Shown in pieces: positions 13,064 through 29,610 of a DNA stretch of 64,000 bases. Where the stretch lies: NCBI RefSeq assembly GCF_009914755.1, contig NC_060936.1, one strand, 5' to 3'. The translations under genes were made by a program, and so were the position numbers. The notes under the pieces are model-generated. The model searched no databases and was not told the origin of the DNA. It worked only from the letters and a program-made list of their open reading frames with translations. Position 1 is the stretch's first letter. Each line of letters begins with the position of its first letter. Origin of the DNA: the human T2T-CHM13v2.0 reference genome, Homo sapiens.

Positions 13064-15235
13064 TGAATTGTTTTTTTATAGGCAAACTAAACCTGAAACT
13101 TGAAAGCACGTTTCTTGATTTACCAATTCCATTTGTTCCTAAAAAGGCACGTGTGTAAAATACAGTTTTGTAAATTAAATTTTTAATGCTCCTTTGATAC
13201 TTACTAATTAAACTTGTAAATTAAACTTTTATAAAATGATTCTTTATAAAATGAACTTTCTAGTTTTTTACTATGTGTGTGATAAATCTATTTTTATAAA
13301 GCACATTTACTGCATCTGTGCATATAAATTGAATTGACAGTTTCTATGTGTTCCTCCTTCAGAAACTTTCCACTCTCCATGCAACCTACAAAAGCCTCAG
13401 GTTAAGAGATTATATCTATATACCAAATGCTTAATGAAACTGATTTTTATGTGATAAAGGCCAATTTCTAGCTCCTGCTTTATGTGATTTGTTAGCTTCT
13501 GATACCCTAAGGTATCAACCATTTCTAGAAGCCCAGTAATTTAAAAGTTAAATGACCTTTGTATACCTGAGACTTCCAAAGAGGAACAAGCAGAAATTCT
13601 GTGTCGTCTTCCATTGAACTCTTTTAAGATGAGGACATTGTGGCACTTTCCTTGAGGTTCCTTTGCTTAGACATTGTTTTACCTAGAAATAGAAATCAGT
13701 CCCTAATACCTTAAAAAAATAAGTCTGCTGGTTGTCATGCCATCTTGGGTTAGAGCCTGTTGATTATGGTCTGAAAATAGTAGTAGTAGTAAAGACAACA
13801 GTGGCAAAGATGAACTTGACCACTGAATACAAGAAAAGTCAATAGAGTGTCCTGAAAATTTTATCTCAGTGAGAGATATATATAATTAAATTTCTCCTAG
13901 ATCCAGCCTATCGATTGCACCTAGACATTTTGCAGACTCTGTAGCGTTCAAGTGAGTAAGCTGACACCTCAGAACTCTTATCAATATCAGCCTGAAAGCC
14001 TGAAAGAGTCAGGTTCTACCAAAGGCCACCAGGGTTGGAGTGACCCTATCACAGTCATTTAAGCTCTCAGAATTGGTTGAGGAATTAAGGGATAGGGCAG
14101 ACAAGTAATGAGGTTTTAATTATGTCATCTGTAGATCACTTTGAGCTCCTGGGGAAAAAATTTACTTTAATCAGAGAGCATGCTCAGCAAGGCCAGAGGT
14201 CATATTCTGTGGGGAGAGAACTTCATATCACTCATGCACACACACACACACCCTCTCCCTTTTTATTCTAAAAGGAGATGCTATTTTGTCTTTCTTGCAT
14301 TTTATCTTCAGATACACAAACTCTGTCTTGTTCAAATCAAATCTATCCATTATATTAATACTTACTCAGTTTATATTAGGAAAGAGGCAAGATGAGGCAT
14401 ATTTGAACAGTGGAACAATATTTGGAGGAATGTAGTTTAGGTTCCCCATTCAACCACTCACTGGCATTTTGGTCATGAACAAATAACCAAGTTGCATCGT
14501 GCATAGAATTTTGTACAACTGATGATGTAATAGTGATTGTTGAAGTAACAGGCATAAAATACATAGCCTCAGGGAATTGAGGATGCTTTTTAATTGTCTT
14601 TTCTGGCAAATATTCACTCCTCACTTGCTCTCAAACCTTGACACTCCTTGGGAGTTGAAAGTGAGCAGTTGAGAAGTATACTAACTTCCATATGCCAGTG
14701 GAGTACTTAATTTTAAATTACAGTCAACCTTTGTGGTGGGTGACAGCCTTATGTTTGGACTTCCTTACCCCAGAATATTGCTCCCACAGCAATTGTTGAT
14801 TATTTCAAACATTTTATCAGAAGGCTGTGTCTCAAATAAAATATATATGCTCAGGAAGGAGAATAGAGAGAGACGCCCTATGGTCCATTTATACGTTAGA
14901 GTGAACCTAGTTTTACCAGGCCAGATTGTGCAGATGATGGGGTAGATATGATATCATATGATGATATGATAGATATATAATACAATAGAGCACAGGTTGT
15001 GTGGATATGGCACGAAGCCCTGGACTTAAAGCAAAGACAGGATGGTGGCATTAGAGTGGCTACTGAAAGGAAAGGCTTTGAAGACTTGCAGCTCCTTTTC
15101 TATATTTTTGCCCAATCTTGCCTTTATTTGCTGGGAAAAAAAAAGAAAAAGGCCTCAAATGGTTTTAAACCTCTATTTGAATTCTTAGGCCACTACAAAA
15201 GACAGCCAGAGCAGTTAAGATTAGTTCAGTCTTCA

Positions 15236-15554
<319 letters not shown>

Positions 15555-15564
15555 TCAGCCTTGA

Positions 15565-15950
15565 ACAAAGGTTCTCAAAATAATGGCATAAACCAAATAG
15601 ATGTTTATATTCTGTCTCACAAAAAAAAAAAAAAAAAGACCAAAGATTGACAGTGCAGGCCGGGTATGGAGGTAACATAAAGCCTTCCAAGACTCAAGCT
15701 CCTCCTACTGCATTGTTCAGTTAAACCCCATTGTAAGGTTTGTCCTTAGAATTCAAGATGATTGCTAGAACTCCAGCCATTACATCTGCATTCGTGGCAA
15801 CAGAATGGAAACAGGGAAGAAGGGCCTTGCCTTTTAAGGAGACTCCATTAAAGTCTCACACAAGACTTTCATATACATCTTATTGGCCAGAACTTAGAAC
15901 ATGGTTCCACCAGGCTGCAAGGAGGTCTGGGAATTTCAGTATTTTCACTA
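15565..15950. mobile_element. Old MLT1 (MaLR) LTR fragment
   Basis: Motifs caagatg...ctccagccattacatctgcattc and ttggccagaactt...gctgcaaggaggtctggga. Confidence 0.55.
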
Positions 15951-16044
15951 GTCAGGTCATTGCTAACCTGTTTTTTAAAAATGGGATTCTGTTCATTTGA
16001 AAGAGAAAGAGAGTGATTTGTAGCTAACTAGCCATGCCTGCCAG

Positions 16045-16280
16045 AGTAGCTAACATTTACCACATGCTGATTATGTTGGTGCTAGTTATTGTGCTAAGCA
16101 TATTATTTGCATTATTTTATGTAATCCTCACAGCACCTCTATGAGGTAGTTATTCTCATGATCCTCATTTGACAGACGAGGAAACTAAGGCTCAGAGGGA
16201 CTTGCCCCAGGGTGCACAGTAAGTGGCAGGGTGGGATCTCAAGTCTAGGACTGGCTGCAGAGCCTCTGCCCTTTACTGTC
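16045..16280 (-). mobile_element. MIR
   Basis: Core motif ctcatttgacagacgaggaaactaaggctcagag. Confidence 0.75.
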
Positions 16281-16787
16281 ATTTTTATCTCTATCGCCAT
16301 AGTTGTGGGGAACTATTTTCTAAATAAGATCTCTAAATGTTAATGCCTCCCCCACAACACAGAGAACATAAGCAATTTATCTACAGCTCATTTATAGTTT
16401 TTAGAATCAATGGCATTAATGTTGCTTTAACAAAATGTAGGTGGCAAATTGAACATGTGGCTCAATGGCAACCTGTACTTCTTAGACATGTGTATTTAAA
16501 TGATTTAACAGGTGGAATTCATTGGCTAAAAGTGAAAGGGTGAACCAGGATCCCCAGACTCCCTTTCTCAGCCTAATTTGCTAATTCTTTTTGAGTTAAA
16601 CATTTGAAAGCAAGCTAAAGGATAGAATTAGCAAGTTTGGGAGTAGGGTTAAGAAACCAGGGACACCATTGTGCTATCATGAAACAAAAGTAACTGCACT
16701 GGCAGTCAGCAAGCTTATATTTGAATCCCAGCTTCATTAATTGTTAGTTGTGTGGCACTGGGAAATCATTTAGCTTCTCTGGGCACC

Positions 16788-17289
16788 TGTATTAGTCTGA
16801 GTTCTCCATAGATACAGAACCAACAGAATGGGTGTGTGTGTGTGTGTGCATGTGCAAAGTGATTTACTATAAGGAGTTGGCTCCCACAGTTACAGAAGAT
16901 GAGAAGTCCCAAGATCTCCAGTGAGCAAGCTGGAGATCCAGCCAGGAGGGTTAATGGTATAGTTCTTGTCTGAGTTCAGGCCTGAAAACCAGGAAAGCCA
17001 ATGGTGTAAGTTCCAATTCAACTCCAGGAAAAGACCAATGTTCCAGCTCAAAGACCATCACACAGAGAGAGTGAATTCTCTCTTACTCAGCCTTTTTGTT
17101 CAATGCAGGTCATCAGTAGGTTGGATAAGACCCACCTATATTGGAGAGGGCAATCTGTTTTACCCAGCCTACTGATTCATATGTTAATCTCATCCAGAAG
17201 CACTCTCACACACATCCAGAATCATGTTTGACCAAATATCTGGGCACCCCACGGCCTAGTCAAGTTGACACATAAAATTAATTATTACG
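16788..17289 (-). mobile_element. MLT2 (ERVL) solo LTR with internal (TG)n
   Basis: tgtattagtctgagttctcc...caagttgacacataaaattaa termini. Probable TSD GCACC/GCATC. Confidence 0.85.
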
Positions 17290-18821
17290 GCATCTGACAA
17301 GGCACAAGGATATAATGGGGAAGGGTCAATGCTTAAATCACAGCTCTGTCCCTTTCTGGTGTGCACAACTCTGCACCTCAGTTTTCTCATCTGTAAAATG
17401 GAGATCAAAATAATACCTCTTAGAGTTGTTGAATGAATGTTCTGAAGACAAATGGAAGCATTTTGCATGCTTGCTGAGCTATGCACTATGAGATGTACTG
17501 GGAATATAGCTGTGAATAAAAACAGACCAAGTCCTTCCTCTCAAGGCATTTACATTCCAGTGAAGAGAGAGAGAGGGGCCATAAATAAATGTATAATATG
17601 GGAGGTGTAAGAGGTAAGAGGAAAAGTACAGCTGAGTTGATACAGGTAAAGCATTCAGAACAGTGCCTGTCACACGGTAAATGTTTAAAAAACATTAGTA
17701 GTTAATGTTAGCCTCCTCATCATCATCGCCCTCTTTATCAGTGAAATGGGGATGGCCCCAGCTTCATGTCAGCCTCACAAAGTAAATGCAGATATCAGGA
17801 ATGATTTTAACAGTAATTACAGATGGTTTTTTACATATATATGAATTTTTTTATGATGAATATGTTACTTTTGTACCAAAAAAAAAAAAAAAAAAAAAAG
17901 GAAGGTAACTTCCCTAAGAAACTACGTTGATAGTAAATGTTAACAGGGCTGTGATCGAAGAAGTGGAAAAGTGAAAGGCAAAAACAGAGAAAAATGGTGA
18001 CACAAAGGTTAGAGGGAACATTCAAAACAAAATGTGCCTTCATCGGCCCAGTAAAGAGGTCATATGAAACGGGTTTAAAGTGTTAAGCCCGTCCCACTAC
18101 CAAAATCTCAAAAGGTTATGTAGTATTTTAATAGAAAAACCATGATTTGCCCTTTATTACTATTTCTTTACTTTCTCTAGGCTTTACAGCATTACACTCA
18201 GCATTTTACAAAACAAGGAGTTGACCACTCTCAGTCAGCTAATTCTAATCAAGATTAACACAGATGTCATGATAAATCCATGTGAAATTGATTGTTAATT
18301 GTGTGTAATTGATTATCACACTCTCTATGCATCAGCAGCACACACAGCTAGCCAGAGTCAAGAGGTAACCTATCCTCAAGTTCCATTAGATCAAGAGGAA
18401 AAGAACTGAGGAAATGAAGATATATCCAGCCCTTTACCATGAGGGCAAGCACATTATCCCATTTATTTCCCGCAGCAGCACTGTGAGGCAGGTATGCCTA
18501 ATCTCAGGCTTACATGTGGGAACTGGGGCTTGGAATAATTAGCTCAGGATCATACAGACAGTAAATGACTGATCCAAAATCTAAACCCACTTCTGTTCCC
18601 AAGGCCCATCAGTTCCTCACTGGGCAGCTGCCTTAGAGAAGGATGTGCAGAGGAGGTGGTAGGAGGAGGGATAAACCTGAGCTAAAAGAATCAGTAAAAC
18701 TCTCACACTTCATTCTATGATGGATACTTGTAAAAACATGAGCTTTCTAGACTGTTATATGGGTTACAGAATGGGCAAACCCAAATGACTTTGTGTAATC
18801 GGCTTTCATATTAGGATATGA

Positions 18822-19140
18822 AGCCGGGTGTGGTGATTCACGTCTGTAATCCCAGCACTTTGAGAGGCTGAGCTGGGAGGATCAGTTGAGCCCAGTTCAA
18901 GACCAGCCTGGGCAACATGGCAAAAACCTGTCTCTCCTAAAAAATTAATAAATTTAGCTGGGTGTGGTGGTGTGTGCCTATAGTCCCAGCTGCACTGGAG
19001 GCTGAGGTGGGCAGATCACCTGAGTCCAGGAGGTCAAGACTGCAATGAGCCATGATTGCGCTACTGCACTCCAGCCTGGACTCCAGCCTGGGTGGCAGAG
19101 TAAGATCCAGTCTCAAAAAAAGAAAAAGAAAAAGAAAAAC
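18822..19140 (+). mobile_element. AluJ
   Basis: TSD ATTAGGATATG. 12-bp internal duplication actccagcctgg. Confidence 0.9.
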
Positions 19141-19307
19141 AATTAGGATATGTTCATTTTGGGTGCAGCCTTTCATTTAGCTTTAGTGTTATAATGTAAA
19201 ACTTCCTGTTCAGTGTGCATATGAAACACAGTGGTTACTTCTAAGGATCCATGTCTTGCTCCATTCGACTTTGTTTTCTTCCTAATGAGCGCTAACTCCA
19301 GTATGCC

Positions 19308-19657
19308 TGTATTAGTCCGTTTTCACACTGCAATGAAGAAATACCTGAGACTGGGTAATTTATAAAGAAAAGAGGTTTAATTGACTCAGCTCCCCATGGT
19401 TGGGAGGGCTCAGGGAACTTACAGTCATGGCAGAAGGCACCTCTTCATAGGGCATCAGGAGAGAGAATGAGTGCCAAGTGAAGGGGCAGCCCTTATAAAA
19501 CCACCAGATCTCCTGAGAACTCACTCACTATCATGAGAACAGCATGGGGGAAACCACCCCCATGATTCAGTTATCTCCACCTGGTCCCGCTCTTGACACG
19601 TGGGGATTACTACAATTCAAGGTGAGATTTGGGTGGGGACACAGCCAAACCATATCA
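19308..19657 (-). mobile_element. THE1 (THE1C/D-like) MaLR solo LTR
   Basis: TGTATTAGTCCGTTTTCAC...CCAAACCATATCA with 5-bp TSD ATGCC (19303-07 and 19658-62). Confidence 0.9.
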
Positions 19658-21248
19658 ATGCCTAGCAAATGTAAATGGAGGATGGAGGCTGTCCTGGTAC
19701 AAACCCAGAGGTGGGCTGAGTAACTTTCACAGGAGCGGTTTAAAAAGCAGAGTTGATGTGAGCACAGAATCTAGCCTGGCCTTTACGTATCTTTGAAGCC
19801 CTTGTCTCTTTAAAACGTTTAAATAAAAAAAAAAAAAAGCTAATTATTTTTTAGAGGGAATGAAAAGATGCTGTTTATTATTTCAAGCCCTTCCTTGAAA
19901 ACAGCCTCCGAGGACTGCGGAGGGAAACTTTGTTGGCTGGTTTTGTGAGCCTCCCACAGACCAGGAGCTAAGGCATCCTTCTATAAAGAAGAAACATGCC
20001 CAAGGCAAGGTTGAAAAGTCATTCCGAGAGCCCAAGATACTTGCCACCTCATATCGGAAGATTTTTCTCTGAGCCTCAAAGAGGTTTTTGAGCTTGAGAA
20101 GGGAGGAGTGGGGGTTACGTATTTGTTTTAGCTCAAGGGCATTTTAAGAATTTGAAACATATATTTCTGTAGTGAAAATGAAAATTCATTCCTTTGAGAC
20201 AGACTACAGAGGCCTGGGTCTCAAAACAAAACACTGAACAAAGGGAAATAAGGAGTAGGAATATGTAAAACGCTCCCAAACTGAAAATATCTTTGGAATA
20301 CCACATTCTCCATGATGCCTCCTGGAAAACTTTTTTAAAAACACTCTATTTAGGGACCTTGGGCTGACAAAGGATTTCCGTACCTCCTTACCCTGGCTTT
20401 GATTGCTAGACACTTCAGTGGAAAGAAAGAGGGACTGGGGTCATGTGACTCTCTGTGAGCAACTTCTGAATTCTAATCTTGGCCTTGACGCACACTGACT
20501 TTGGAGACTAGATTAGCTAATTTAACCTGGCTTTGTTTTTTCTGCCAGAATGATCGGGATTAATAAAATGACCAATTCAAGGATCTCTGAGAAGAACTGT
20601 TTGATAAGAACTTTATATGTAGACATCTTTGAGGACATTCTGCTGATCAGTGATGCCAACTGCTTCCTACCTCCCGTTTATAGTTTCATTTTCTTTCTGA
20701 TATTTAAGAATTAGTTATGATTAATGTTTATATACCACAAGTAAGGCTGTCTTCTTTAAAAAAAAAAGTGAGCCATATGAACCCCAATGTAATTATTTAG
20801 CTTAGAAATGAGAATGTGTTAGGAAGTATAGTTTAGTGAAAAAAAAATTCTAAAGAATGTTTTATATCCAGAATCCTTCTCAATGAAGTGTTTTGTCCAA
20901 ATTACTACATTCTGAAATACAGTATTATAATTTTTAAGTGATTAGAATGCTTTAATGACAGACATCTTAAGCAGTTTATAGTAATAAATATATATGATAC
21001 TTGCCAAAATAAATTAGAGGCATTTTTCTTGGATTTTACTGTTTGAAATTGGACCAGAAATGTTGACCAATAGAAATGTAAAAAATCATGTAAAGGAAAT
21101 CAAGCTCTAAATCAGTTGTTATCAGATGATCCAATTCAACATATCTTAACTCACTGGCATAGTTTTCTAACTCACATGATTATGTGAATTTGATCCTACC
21201 ATAGTTTGATAGCGTTTGGGGACCGAAATGGACCTTTAGAAATGTTCA

Positions 21249-21596
<348 letters not shown>

Positions 21597-23161
21597 TCAG
21601 AGAGATTAAGTGATTCACTAACGTCCCAGAGCTAACTCATGGCCAGGTTGGAACTGAAACCCAGGTTTTATTTTAATTCAGATTAGCAAGTAGGTTCTTA
21701 TGAGGTGTGTGCTGCCATGCTAGGAGCTTCAGGTGAGACAGTACCAGTTCAGGGGGCTTTCAGTCTAGCAGAAGTGCTAAAGTTAGGACATAATAACAGC
21801 TAACCTTTGTGCCAGACACTATTCTAAGCACTTTACATAATTAGTTCTTTATATTTTCCCAACAACCATGGGAGGTAGTTGAGGCAGAGAGATGTTAAGT
21901 ACCTTGCCCAAGGTCACACAGCTAGGAAGTCTCAGATGAGGCAGTCTATGCTCTTAGCCCACATGCTGTACTCCCTTTTTACTGGTGAATATAGTGTGGG
22001 TACATAACACAGACTATTATGTACCCACAGATAGGTTCAGGGAGAGGGCTTTGGAGATCCAAAGAGAGGGGTCCATGTTGAGGACTGAGAAAATTGCAGA
22101 GAGGAAAAGGTCTAAAAATGGACTTGAGAGGATAGCCAGGATTTCAATAAGAGGAGAGATGAAACAGGGGAAAGGCATCTGAGGAAAAGGAGCAGTGAGA
22201 GCCAAGGCACAGAGTTGGGAAAAAGCACAAAGTACATTCATAGAATCTCCCTCTGGAGCCCTATCTAAGGAAAGAGAGAAAATCAGAAGTTGAATGATTT
22301 AGGAACAGCTACTAAAACGAGATTGCAAAGAACATAGGCAGCAAAAGAAATGGTTAGACATCAAGTCAAAAGCAGTTTGCAAACTCAAAAAGCTCTCTTG
22401 CACAGATTAACAAAGGCCTCTTATTTCTCTTTTTTTCTATTGTTCCAATAAAAGGAGTGAGATGTATTGAATTAGGGGCATACAATATACGTGTCAATTT
22501 CCGAACCACTTTTCATTAAAAGAAAACGATTCCATAGCAGCCTTTCCATTTTAGTTGATGCTGCAATTCTAAAGGTGTGGGTCTTTAATGATTTCAAGAT
22601 TCTGAAGTATCTGGGGTCCTCATTGTAAATATTTCATATATTAAACCTTGTAATATAGAGGTCTAATACACACATGTAATGTTGAAGCCATGTGAAACAT
22701 TTCCCTGAGAACTAAATATTTAAAGTTGCATGTGACTTTGAAATTCTAGTAAATTTGGTGGGCTTTCATTATGCATGTGCTTTCCCCTTCAACACTGCCA
22801 ACTACTTGAAACTTTTCCTTTGCCACCAAAGGCTGTTGCTTAGCTCCTGCTACCACTGTGGCCCTGGTTAATATCTATTCCATGCGCAAACTCTTGGATA
22901 TTTCTTTCAGTAGATTAAACTTGTATTTCAGTGCCTCTGAAGACACTGTATGAAAACTGCTTTTGAAATAAGAACTTTCTGAATGACCTTCTCTGTCACT
23001 GACTTTCTTTGTTGACTTGTTGGGCATGATTAAGTCTCTTTGCAGCTCAGTTGCTTTGACCCATAAAACAAAAACCATCCCTCGGCTCCCCGGCCTCTCA
23101 GGTGTGTGAGAATAAACAAGTGAGCACTGGATAGGCTATAGCTATTGTGGGCTGAAAAGAT

Positions 23162-23521
23162 TTTCTTAGTTTGTTCTGGCTGCTATAACAAAATACCACA
23201 AACTGGGTGGCTTATAAACAACAGAAACTTATTTTCCAGTTCTAGAGCTGGGACATCCAAGATCAAGGCAGCAGCAGATTCAGTATCTGGTGAAACCCCT
23301 TTGTGGCTCATAGGCAATAACTTCTTGCTGTGCCCTCACATGGTTGAAGGAACAAGAGGTCTCTCTCACGCCTCTTTTGTAAGTGTACTGGTTGCATTCG
23401 TGAGTGCTCTGCTCCCATGACTGATCACCCTGGTTATGTCCCCCCAATCCTGTCATCACCTTGGGAAGTTAGGATTTCAACATATGACATTGTGGTGGAC
23501 ACAAACGTTCAGACCATAGCA
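23162..23521 (-). mobile_element. MLT1A-like MaLR solo LTR
   Basis: cttagtttgttctggctgctataacaaaatacc...ggacacaaacgttcagaccatagca. Confidence 0.8.
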
Positions 23522-24385
23522 GATGTGATAGAAGAGTGGGGTACTTTATTACTTGTGTTGCATTCATGAAGCGTTCACTGTGTACCAGTGATCACTGCAA
23601 GGGCTTGACATGTATTCATTTACTCATTTATTCATTTTTTATATTCATTTTTCCAACCTTACAGGTAATACTCTTATTCCCAGTTTAGAGGTGAGTAAAC
23701 CCAGGAACATGGTATAAGGCAAAACTAGTATTTGAACCCAAGCATTCTGATTCCTGGGATGAGCCATTAGAGCTGTTCAGAAGTGGAATGGGCTGTCTTT
23801 TAGGACAGTGCTCCTCTCTTCTTTCCGGGTCGCTGCCAGCAAGTACGGAGAGAGGAGCTATGACTTTAAGGTCTTAGAATTTGTGGAATGCAGTTACTCC
23901 CCATTTGGCCAAAATCTCAGAATTTGTGTCGTGTCTCTAAATCAGATAAATGGAGAGTACTAAAAGCATTGTTGCTTCTGCTCTGAAATTGTTATAGGAT
24001 TATTTTTATTGCATCCAAGTCTTAAACACTGAATGGCTGGGGATGGGTTCTTTCTACGAATATGTAAGTCCTGAGCATGGCCGAGTAACACACAGCCCTG
24101 TGATCAGGGAGCTAGACTGGTGAGATATGTCCATGTACAGTGTTGGGCACCAGACTACATAGAGATCTCTATGGCTCTGGGCAAGCATGGAACCACTCAG
24201 GAGACTTCCTGAAGAAGCTGACACCTGAATTTAGTGATAAAGGATGGATGGGAAAAGCGTTCCAAAAAGAGGAGAGTGTGTGACGGAAAGCACAGATGTG
24301 TGAAACATTGCCTCTGCAGGGAACTCCGTACACTCTAATATTGCAAGATTGTTAGCAAATCATTGATGTAAAAATAAATGAAGCA

Positions 24386-24764
<379 letters not shown>

Positions 24765-25785
24765 CTACAATGAGTACTTGAGAGAAAAGAATCTTTTGCT
24801 AAATTAGAATTTATTGGATAAAATAGCATTTATTTCATGTCGAAATCTCTGGTAATTGTGAAGTGGGCAGATACTGTAGTATAACACCAAATTGATAATT
24901 ATGTTTATAAAAAATTATGAACTAATGAACTAGCATAAATCAATAAAGAAGAAAACATAATTGGATTTCTAGCAATAGAACATTAATTAAGTCCAACAAG
25001 ACAAGGCCTATTTGTTATACATAGTAGAGGGCTTGAGAAACTTTTGATGAATATGAATGTTGATCAAGAGTTCCTTAGAGATAAACAAAACCAATAACCC
25101 CACCTATGACTCAAAGACTTAAAGTAGAGCCTGCCTCCAATAACTGCTGGAAAGAGCAAGTGCAGATTAAGATTTATAAGTACACTTTACTTTCATTACA
25201 AATAGAAACATTTTCTTTTTAATAAGGCATAAAACAATTTATCTTCTTTAGGGTAAGTTGATCCTTTTTCATTAGTTTTATTAAAGTACCAAAATCTTAT
25301 GAAACTAATTGTAATTTATGTTAACATTTAAAAATCATGGTTAAATTTAGCATTTTGAAAAAGATGACTAATGCCCTGATTTAACTTAAATGTAACCATC
25401 AAAAATAGAAGCATGTAGCATATCTGTAAGTATGTCAGCCCACACAGACCAAATAGCTCCTGGGTTTTCCTCCTTAATGAGCACTTGCTGATTGATCGAT
25501 AATCAGTTTGGGAGCTAATTAAAGTCACTAGAGTAATAGATATCCCTGTATAAGGTTCATCAATTTAACAGTGTGCTAGACAGACTATAGGGGCATTGTT
25601 CATTTCTAGATATAATTTCTGTTCAGCAAAGCAGATGAGTTATGGCCTTGGAGCCCATGGAGAATTCCCGGAGGAATCTTATATCCCTGGCATAGCACAG
25701 TGGACTCCTTGCTGTCTCAGGTCAACAGAACCAGAAGGAGATAATTAGTACAATTTGTTGTTATACTGGCTTTTTCTTTTGGTTA

Positions 25786-26163
<378 letters not shown>

Positions 26164-26795
26164 TTACAGAATTTAGTTACTATGAGATAAAAATTTGAAA
26201 TCATGGATTCAATATCAGTAGAATTTTAGAGTTAGAAACGATCCAAGAGGGCACATAAACCAACCACCTCCTTTGTAGGAGTTACATAAACCTTGCCCTA
26301 GAGTCACACAGTCTCTGCATGGGAGACTGAAGGCTCCAACAGAAAATAAAAACTGGAATAACAGTAAGGACACTGTTTTCATATACTACTCCTAAATGTC
26401 ATCCTACGCTATTTCCTCTGAGCTTCATCAGATATTCTCCTTTTAAAGGATATATTAAAATTCTCTTGAAAGGAAGCCTTCTGCACCCAGAAGTTATGTG
26501 ATCAATTTTTCCCTCTATGATCACGCCTCTACTTTGTACTTTGTCTTTCATCCTACACTTTTCAAAGTGCCTGAGGTATAAAGTTAGATTTGATTGTCTC
26601 CCTAATTTTGATCCTGTAGAGAGACCTCATGTTGTCATGTTGTCATCTCTAATAGATGAGGGTCAGAAAGGCTGAGGTTACAGAGTTATTTTGCAGCAAA
26701 GCCAGGACCAAAATCCAGGTTTGTTGTTCATAGACCTTTCCATTAAAAATGCTACTCTGTAAATTTACTAGGGGCAAAATCTCAATATGCTATGG

Positions 26796-27121
26796 TGTTG
26801 CAGGACTTTTCCTTAGTTCAACTAAAGACAGGGTTCTTTGTCCCATGGCCATGAAAATTTAGGCTCACAGACAATTTGAATGGTGAGTAAGACAGGGTTT
26901 TATTTGGTGAAAAGGAAGAAAAGGGGGAAACAGAACTCTCCCTGGGACAGTGTCCCATGCTCCAGTGCTTCTCCCACTGGAAGACTGAATCTCAGGTTCT
27001 ACACAGGAAGAGGAGGGACCAGCTCCTTCCCACTGCAAAGGGCCTAAACTTGCCGAGGTTCCATCCCATGGGCAGGCCAGTTGGCGTTTCTCCAGTGACC
27101 CCCTCCCACCTGGCTGTGTCA
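26796..27121 (-). mobile_element. MER61 (ERV1) solo LTR
   Basis: TGTTGCAGGACTTTTCCTTAGTTCA...CCCACCTGGCTGTGTCA with 4-bp TSD ATGG. AATAAA on the minus strand near 26900. Confidence 0.8.
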
Positions 27122-27158
27122 ATGGTAGTATGAGATACTTTCATTTTTTTACAAATAG

Positions 27159-27465
<307 letters not shown>

Positions 27466-27699
27466 TTCTGCCTCATGTTTCTTCACTTATTATTGATCTT
27501 GAGCACATTTCAAACATTTCTTTAGCCTGTCTGTGAATTTTCTGCTGCATTATTTGACCCATCTAAATGTATGAGTATCAGTGCTTTTACTTTTTAGCAA
27601 TGTACATATTTTCATATAATATTAATGTTATTTTTGCATCAAACATTTTATCTACATTACCTTTTTTAGTCATTTTTTATCATTATACAAAGTATGTGT

Positions 27700-27796
27700 A
27701 GAGGGAAACATCACACTGTACCCCATAAATGTGTACAATTTTTTTGTGTCAATTACAAATAAAAATATTTTTTAAATCCCCAAAAAAGAAAAAAAA
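27700..27796 (+). mobile_element. L1MA 3'-end fragment
   Basis: acatcacactgtaccccataaatgtgtacaatt...tgtcaatt followed by an A-rich tail. Confidence 0.65.
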
Positions 27797-28199
27797 TGCC
27801 GCTCTGTATGATAACTCCTGAAACAAAAGTATTAACACTACAGTGAACAGAAGCTGATTATTTCTGTGATGTTTCTTAGCTTTATTTCCTCCCTTTGCAT
27901 ATGTGTTCTCCATTTTTCCCTTTGTTTTACTTAGTCCCTGCATCTCGTTTGCCCTGTCATTTGGTTACTTGGCAGTCCCTAGCCAGCAGGGTGCAGAGTC
28001 CCAGACAGTGTCTTTTGTTCAAAGCATTTGTTTGGATTATAAATATAATTTGATGATAAATTCAAACTGTTATGCTGATTTCATTTCAGTGGAGTCACAA
28101 CGTATCTCAAATTTCCTTTGATAAACTTGCCCTAAAGACCGTATCTCATGCTATTTAATTGTTCACCTTGGTCTATTTGCTCATTCTAAAGAGGTTTGT

Positions 28200-29235
<1,036 letters not shown>

Positions 29236-29359
29236 TAAATGGAAATATTGCTGATTTTCTTCCTTTTACCTCTATTAGAAACAACAATCCCTCCAATCAT
29301 GGAAAAATTATGACCTGTTATTGAAATGAATTATTTAATGGCATTCTTTTCAAATATCA

Positions 29360-29610
29360 ATAGCTGACATTTACTGTGCACTTATATGTCAGCCTCTTCT
29401 GTGCTCTTCGTATGTGTTAACACATTTTATCCCCCCCACCACCTTAGGCAGTGAGTAATATTGTAATTCTGATTTTACAGTAAGGAAATTGAGGCACAGA
29501 AAGGTTAGGTTACTTGCCAAAGACCTCACAGCAAGTAAGGGCAGAGGCAGGATTTGAACCCAGGCAGTCTGTCTCATGAGTCGGAGCTCTTAACCATGAG
29601 TATGCTACTA
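29360..29610 (-). mobile_element. Near full-length MIR
   Basis: attttacagtaaggaaattgaggcacagaaaggttaggttacttgccaaag...ggatttgaacccaggcagtctg. Confidence 0.85.

Noticed and set aside
14940-14990. GATAT-rich low-complexity run (also isolated poly-A tracts at about 15621, 17878 and 19825)
   Set aside because: These are degenerate microsatellites or homopolymers without TSDs or any evident function.
26796-27121. MER61 LTR as a p53 enhancer
   Set aside because: Some MER61 subfamilies carry p53 sites, but here I see only one imperfect half-site (AAACTTGCCG, about 27046) and no full RRRCWWGYYY dimer.
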